Shown here in pieces: positions 22,356-28,950 of a stretch of DNA of 28,950 nt (the first letter of the stretch is position 1; every line of letters begins with the position of its first letter). Source of the DNA: Geosiphon pyriformis uo1 (lineage: Eukaryota > Fungi > Glomeromycota). Both the position numbers and the translations under genes were made by a program. The notes under the pieces were generated by a model. It was not told the DNA's origin. It did not search any database and saw only the letters and a program-made list of their open reading frames with translations. The stretch is taken from assembly GCA_016748015.1 (NCBI GenBank), contig JAAOMT010000657.1, forward strand, positions 609,227-638,176. Direction: 5' to 3'.

Positions 22356-23835
22356 CTGGTTTATCTCTTTCTTGATAAACTTATCATTGCACCAATTGGA
22401 TTGATAAGGCTTTAAATGGATGGGTTGAGTTTTTCTGGTGGTAATGGTGTGTTGTATCACATGGATACATCCAGGGGTATCACTTTCTTTGGAGATAACT
22501 GGGCTATTTCTAGCCAGCAAATTTTCAATGTCTATTTTTCTTTCTTCTGGGGAGAGTTCTTTTTGTTCTACAACCAGTGATTGGATCTCAGGTGGTTCAT
22601 TTTCAAAGAACTTCTGTATTTCTTTCAATTCTTCTCTGGGTATTAAACTGATTGGTTCCCAATCTCTGTAATAGATTAGACATGATTTGCATTCATCACT
22701 TGAAGAATACAAGAGTTTGTTGCACCAATACCGGGCACAAGGACCATGCCACCAAAAACTGTATTTGGCTTTTTTGCCAGGTTTTCTTTCAAAGGTTCTT
22801 CTAAGAATATCATAATAAGGCCAGCAGATTAGCTTGCCATTTACAATGATTTTTTTTTTATCTGTTTTAACATTGTCCAGTGGTTTAATTCAGCAGTTTC
22901 TTCTTGTTCTTTTTGTTTTTCTTGTTTTTCTTCTTCATCGCTCTCTTCATCATCTGATTCATCTGATTCATCTGATTGTTCTTCTTCTTGGTTTTGTTTG
23001 GGTACTGGGGGAGTTGTCCAATGGCGACACTTAATCACAATGGGTTTCTTACCACATCTGATGGTTAATTTACAAAGTTCATAATCAAGCAAAGCTTTTG
23101 CTTTCTTGAGCCATTCATTGCCAACAATGATGGTGTATTTCTTGGCTTCAGAAACTTCCATGTCAGTTTCAATGCTGATTCCATTGATGCGGACAGGAAC
23201 AGCTTTGACAATATCCAGTTCTTTCTTTTTGTCACCATGTATGTTGGTCATTGGTCTGGTGGAAGGTTCATCAATCTTTCTACCAATTGCTTCCAAGAAG
23301 TGTTTGGCAATGACACTAACAGATGATCTACTGTTCAGAATTAAGTCAATGAAGTATCCAGCCACTTGGGCTTTACAAATCAGAGGGGTGATATTGCTGT
23401 TGTCAGCAAGTCCAGCTTGGCGAGGGTGCTTGTTGGTTTTTGGTGTCTTCTTCTTTGGGATCAAGGATTTGTGAAGATCCTTTCTGAACTGTAGGTGAGT
23501 CATTAACTGGCCAAAGGTAATATGTGCTGGGGTTTCCATGAAATCTTTGACAATAGAATAGGGTCCAGATTTTTGTACAATTTCTGGGGGTTCTAACTTT
23601 GGAGGATTCTTAAAGACTTTAGTCTTTGGTGGTTCATTGTTATCAGCAGCAGAAGTTGAGGCTTTGTTAGGGTCTAAAATGAAATCAACCTTGGCTTTCT
23701 TCTTCTTTCTGGTTGGTTCTGAGGTGTTGATTGCTAGTTTATCCATGTCATGGTCATCATCAGTTAAGTTAAAAGTGTAAAAAGGATTTTTTTCTGGTTG
23801 GCTTGCACTCTCACTCTTTGGAGGTGTGCCTACCA
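22356..23835 (-). pseudogene. Element B pol N-terminal part: aspartic protease, acidic linker, Cys motif
   Basis: LILNSRSS (DSG eroded by G>A); IIVGNEWL; EEEQSDESDESDDEESDEEE; WWHGPCARYWC...ECKSC. Confidence 0.85.
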
Positions 23836-25390
23836 GTTTAAAGGCTGATAAACAGTGGCTTCAACTAGGGGATCCTCTCCAAAGAAATTGATGTTGGCAT
23901 GATTGGGTCTTTGATTGGGGACATTGTTGTTGTTGTTGGGTCTGTTGTTTTGGTTGTCATTGTTTCTGGGAGCTAGAAGAGACAGTGAAAAATTGTTACA
24001 ATCTCTTGAATAATGTCCAGTTAATCCACAACAATAGCACACAGGTGGGCCACGATTTTGCTGTCTTTGATAAGGAGATTGCTGGGGCTGGTTAAAACGA
24101 GGTTTGTATCTAGGTCTTAGTAGTTACTGGTTATCTCTGACTGCTTGTGCCAAAGATTCTAATAACCAGGCAAGATTGGTTGTGAGTCTATCAATTAATT
24201 GTTCATTTGGATCTTGAGTTTGGGCAGCAAAAGAAGCAGCAGCCATTTGAGGGACAGGAGCCATGACAGGAGCAAGAGCAAAAACTGGAAGTATAGATTC
24301 CAAATGTATTCTTTGGTTGTCTTCAATTTGTTGGGCAAGTTCAATGGTCATGTCCATTGTAGGGTTGTCTTTTAGGGCCAAGAGAGGCCAAAGAGCATAA
24401 GATAAATTGGTTCTCAATCCTTTTGTAAAGGAATGAATTTTTTGTTCTTCTGTCCAGTTTCTCCCAGAGTCTACATGTTTGATTAGCTTTCTAATAGTAT
24501 TGGCATATTCAGTTACTACTTTTCCAGGGCCTTGGGTTCTTCTTTCCAATTCCATGTGCTATTTGGATATTAATATTGGGGTTCTGAACTTGGCCTCAAA
24601 TTGGGTAGTGAAAGAGGTATTTTCTTTTCCAGCATTAATTGGTGTCTATCTGATTATTCTGTGTTGAGCATTGGCATCTGTTTCTTGTGAGAACCAGGTA
24701 GTAGGAGAGTCTTGAAGGTAGCCACCAATAATTTGGAACTTGTATTTTTCATCATACTGGTTGGCTGTGGCAGCTCTCTTAAAATCATCTAACCATTTAA
24801 TTGGATCTTGTACATCACCTCTAAATAGTGATAGTGGAGTATTGTTTCTTCTTCTTAGAGCAGTTTGTATACCTTGGAGGGTGGCCAGAATGTTTGCTTA
24901 CATGAAGTCATTAGCCATTGGTTCAGGGGTAACTGTTTGTGTAGATGAGTCTGATTTGCTTAATAAAAGATCAAAAACAGGGGCAGTTTGGTAGCTTTTT
25001 TCTTCTGTTTCAAAAGGAGTTTTAGTTGCTTAATGGGCAGCAATCCAAATGTGGATTTGATAATTCAGATATTCGAAATCAAAGGGCTGTTGTTCAAAGG
25101 TTGCAGAATATAAGAGCTGATTGATACTGTTGTTTCTTTCTTCAAAATCATTTTCAAAATAAGCTTGGTCAAAATAATAGGTTGTATAAGCTGTGTAGAT
25201 TTCAGCTGAATGCTCGTTCAAGAACCAGTTCCAAAAGTCTTAGAATTGTCTACTGGATTGTTCTTCAAGGGGGAAGCAGATCAAGCAGGAGGGCAGAGGA
25301 TTAAGTTCAATGAAATCTAGGTTGTTTCTGTTGTGTACTGCAAAGTGTTCTTCTGATTGCTGTGGCAGATATAAGTAATCACCCATACAA
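23830..25390 (-). pseudogene. Element B gag with CCHC zinc knuckle
   Basis: FRGDVQDPIKWLDDF; RTQGPGKVVTEY...FTKGLR; CYCCGLTGHYSRDC. Start approximate. Confidence 0.85.
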
Positions 25391-25414
25391 TGAGTAAATA
25401 AGTGAATTTTGACA

Positions 25415-25432
25415 ACCTCACAGGGAGCACCA
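25415..25432 (-). other. Primer-binding site of element B
   Basis: Minus strand TGGTGCTCCCTGTGAGGT, complementary to a tRNA 3' end ending CCA, 6 nt from the 5' LTR. Confidence 0.88.
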
Positions 25433-25438
25433 CTTTTA

Positions 25439-26141
25439 TATTACAGGTTGGAGTAACAAGCTAACAGATAGCAAAGGAAAACAGGATTGTAGGGTGATAG
25501 AAATAATCAAAAGGAAATTCAACTTTAAAGAGTGAATTGAATAAGTATGGATTCAATGTGTGAGATCAGTCTCATAAAATATCTCAGTCGCTATTTTTTT
25601 CAAAGGTAACTGGGGAATCTGAAAGTAGAGGGATAGTCCGTACTGTCAACAATTGATTACCATTGATATAATTCTATGCCTTACGTCAGCGCTCTTAGAA
25701 TTCAATATCAGGTATCAACTTGTGCTTTTCAGTTATGTTTATTTAAATAATCTTCAAATGCTACAATTATATACGTCAGAAAAAGGCCAACAAGTAATCT
25801 TTTATCCTAAGATGTTCGGATACTTGAAGGTAGGGAAAGAGAAATTAGTAATAAGAGAGTGATTGAGATGAAAGTTGTTATTTTTATTTATTTGATTCTT
25901 GTCTAAGAGATGATTTTCTACAGCTAAGAGACTCATTGCTTATATAGCTATTGAAAGTGGTCAATGATCAAGTCAACAACTAGGTCAATGATCAAGTCAA
26001 TGATCAGGTCAACGGTCAGGTCATTGATTAGGTCAATGATCAGGTCAATGATTACTATCTAAAAATAGAGTGGCTAATTATATGACATCAGTAACTAATA
26101 CATGTAATAACTAATAAAAATTATGGGTTTCAATCATAACA
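25439..26141 (-). repeat. Element B 5' LTR (703 bp)
   Basis: Gap-free match to 17561-18263. Confidence 0.97.
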
Positions 26142-26145
26142 CTGT

Positions 26146-28520
26146 GATGGGTTTTTCTTCGAAGGCGGCTCTACTGAATAGTAGTAATTGGGATGGCTTC
26201 TCAAGTTCAAAAGAGAAGATAGCTGCTAATGATCTATTATTAGTAATAGTTGCTGGTAAGATGTTGTTGGTAAGTGTTGTTTGTTGGTCAGATTCCAAGT
26301 TGCTGAATATGGCATCTTCTGGGGTGACCAGAAGACTTAAATAGTGTTGAAAATTTGGGTTTTGGGTGGTACTGGTACCCAAATTCCACTGCCAAGATCT
26401 TATTTGCTGGTTTGATGAACTGGGAATTGGTTGGTGAACTACCATTGCTGATCTTCAGTTTTGAGTAATTCTAGGTCTTGGGTTTCCTGATATCATTGTA
26501 GCTGAGTTTTGGGGCAGTGTTTGAATTGGTTGGAGTTGATAAATTATTTGGGATTGTGGCTGATAGATTACTGGTGGTTGTGATTAATAAATTTAAGATT
26601 GATATACTGGTGGTTAATAAATTGGTGGTTGCATCATTGGCAAGTAAGTAGTTTGATCTTGATTTGGATAACGATTTGGAGTTTGAAATCTGCGATTAAG
26701 ATTTTGATATTGATTTCCTGATCGTGGATTGTTGCTATAAAATTTGCAGTCTGCTCTTATGTATCCTTGATTACCACAGTTGTGACAAACACACATTTCT
26801 GGCTGCCATGGCTGATTAGGTGCTGCTGATAATGATGATGGATACAACTGATTTTGGAAACAATTTGCGTTTCCTGGATTATTGCATTGTTGTGGTGGTT
26901 GATAAATTGTGTGATTGTCAGCTAAGTATTCCTCTAACTTCTGATTAATTGAATCACTAAATTGTTTCAATTTAGAATCCAATTCAGATGATCTATTCAT
27001 CACTAGGTTCACAGTGTGAGTGTAATTGACTTCTAATTTGGCAGATTCGAAATTTCTGGCATGTATAACTGTGTCCTAAAGAGTGGCTGGATGCAATGGG
27101 CATACATGTTGCAGGATGCTACTGTGCAGGCCACAGATGAATTGATTGAGAATTTGTGGTGCTGTGAAATAATTACCATCAATTGCTTGGATTTGTTGCA
27201 GATTTCTATAAAAGCGTCCCAGATATGTGGTAACTGCTTCAGTTTCTTTTTGTTTAATTGTAGTAAAAGTGTTGGCTAATCTGTTAATGTTGTTGTTATT
27301 GCTAAAGTATCTTAAAAATTCTAATTTGAAGGCATTGAAATCTTGGGGTTTGTCGACCAGACTTTGATACCATAAATCTGCTGTGTCCTTAAGAAAATAA
27401 GGTATGGCTTGCATGGCTTTGGCATCATTTCATTCATTGGCTGTAATGGCTTTTTCTACATTGTTTAGCCAAACTTGTGTGTCGTCCTCTTCGCCGGTGA
27501 ATTTGTCGAGCTTCACGATTGGTGCGTATGCTATTTGTTGTTGTTGCTGTGGTAAAAGTTGTTGTTGTTGAGGTGGTACTGGGGGTGGTTGTTGAGTTTG
27601 TTGGTTTGGTATTTGGATGGGCTGACCAATTGGTTCAACTGGTGGTTAATCGATGATGATAACTGGAGGTAAGTGTTAATTAATTACTTCAGGGTTTTGA
27701 TTTTGTGGTGTTTGAATATTCAGAGTTTTGATTTCTGGAGTTTGAACGTTTGGGGTTCCAAATTCTGGGTTTTCAAGGATTGGGTTTTGGTAAGTAAATT
27801 CTTGATCTTCTGATTCTTCTTCCTCTTTTTTTTCAGATAGTTCCCATAGGGTAGTGGTTCCAAAGTCTGGTTGAGGCAGTGGTAATCAAATTCCTGATAG
27901 TATTGGTGATTACGACTTAAATTCTTCAAAATATTTGTTATATGGTCTTAGTAGATCTGTTTTTCTTTGTTTACTTTGGAATGGGAATTGTCCAAATGTT
28001 GATATCGCGTTTGATGTGGATGCATTTGCTAATGTTATATTGATGGTGCTTCCCAGTATGTAGTGATAGGATAGAACAGTTGGTGATTCAACTCTTGTTT
28101 TCTTCCAAGTAGTTGGTTGTATTTTTTTGGGTGTTACTGCTGGTGTTTGTAGTTTTCTTTTGCCTTTACTGGCATAAGTAATTGGATATTTTTGTTGGGT
28201 GTGATGTTCAATTTTTTTGTTGATCTCAGTAATGATGAAGGCAAAATTGTGATTTGTTGGCAGTTTAGTATTTTGAATTAATTCTCTGTAGAAAGTTTCT
28301 CTGGCTGATTCAGTATTCACTAGTGTTTCTAACAAAGAGGAAATCTTTTTATTGACATAGAAATTAAAGGCTGATTTGGCAGATATATGATTATAGTTTA
28401 ATCCCAAGTGTTGACAATAGTGTTAAAATAGAAATTTTGCGAATCTTAAATGGTTTGCTTCTATGTTTTCTGATTTTGCTACTTTTGGATAGTGTTTGTT
28501 GGTGCTGGTTCTCTGTAAAA
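26146..28520 (-). pseudogene. Element A gag (long N-terminal extension, capsid-like core, CCHC knuckle, Q/P-rich tail)
   Basis: KFTGEEDDTQVWL; FLKDTADLWY; IKQKETEAVTTY..RF...FICGL; CHNCGNQGYIRADC. Confidence 0.85.
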
Positions 28521-28524
28521 TTAT

Positions 28525-28542
28525 ACCTCACAGGGAGCACCA
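28525..28542 (-). other. Primer-binding site of element A
   Basis: Same 18-mer TGGTGCTCCCTGTGAGGT, 2 nt from the 5' LTR. Confidence 0.88.
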
Positions 28543-28544
28543 AA

Positions 28545-28950
28545 TGTTACAGGTGACAATTTCTGGAGTTGAATTAAATACAAACCCATAACTTAGTGCT
28601 CAAAGCTCTTCTTGTTGTTGATGATCTGAAGGTTTGATATCTGAAAGTTTTGTATTTGAAGGATTTGGTTGAGTTCTTTGTATAATGGACAGAAATTCAA
28701 TGGTAATAGTTTTATCCATAGCTTCCCAAAACCGCAGTTTCATCAATTTTTTTCTCAGCTTGATGGCTGGTATTCCTCCTAGTAAGCTATCCTCAATTGA
28801 GTGTTCTATTCTTATTTCTGGGTCTTTTACCAGTCATGTTTATCCTGACATCAGTGCCCCGTGCATTAATCCTCAATAGAGTTAGTAAACAACAATAAAA
28901 TCAAAGCAAAAAAATAAAAAAAAGAAAAAAAAAAAGAAAAAAAAAAAATA
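28545..28950 (-). repeat. Element A 5' LTR (partial, cut by the window end)
   Basis: Collinear with 10719 to ~11120. Confidence 0.93.

Larger units (their letters stand above)
17561..26141 (-). mobile_element. Ty3/gypsy LTR retrotransposon B, full length, nested in element A protease
   Basis: Two 703-bp LTRs, 4-bp TSD CTGT (17557-17560 and 26142-26145), PBS, PPT, gag-PR-RT-RH-IN-ORF3. Confidence 0.97.
10719..28950 (-). mobile_element. Ty3/gypsy LTR retrotransposon A (dUTPase-bearing), degenerate; 5' LTR runs off the window
   Basis: Paired LTRs (10719 onward and 28545 onward), PBS, PPT, and gag-PR-dUTPase-RT-RH-IN order on the minus strand. Confidence 0.95.

Noticed and set aside
25415-25432. 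tRNA gene
   Set aside because: Only the 3' 18 nt including CCA are present, next to an LTR; this is a PBS.
12324-27279. Numerous + strand ORFs overlapping elements A and B
   Set aside because: Antisense shadows of minus-strand gag/pol or LTR sequence, with no motifs of their own.

Overview
Eukaryotic, almost certainly fungal, genomic DNA. From memory, the retroelement proteins resemble families abundant in Glomeromycotina such as Geosiphon; this is an inference, not a database result. No intact host gene is supported. Bases 1 to about 2900 are ordinary intergenic sequence with microsatellites. About 2900-9600 is an extremely AT-rich block that includes C>T/G>A-eroded relics of an LTR family, with a TSD-flanked 5'-truncated LINE tail at 7598-8211. 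The rest is a nested stack: a LINE ORF1 (9685-10718, +) is interrupted by Ty3/gypsy element A (10719 to beyond 28950, -; gag, protease, Cys-rich insert, dUTPase, RT, RNase H, integrase, extra ORF3). A's protease is interrupted by Ty3/gypsy element B (17561-26141, -; TSD CTGT), and the start of B's RT is interrupted by LTR element C (21513-22355; TSD CTGG; spans an N gap). The main observations are: (1) a RIP-like, transition-only mutation pattern; (2) a covarying TGAC-stem-GTRACT hairpin shared by the LTRs of three different families; (3) integrase apparently encoded as its own ORF in both A and B; (4) a shared, non-env ORF3 before the PPT; (5) a dUTPase, a possible pseudo-dUTPase and a Cys-rich module inside pol.
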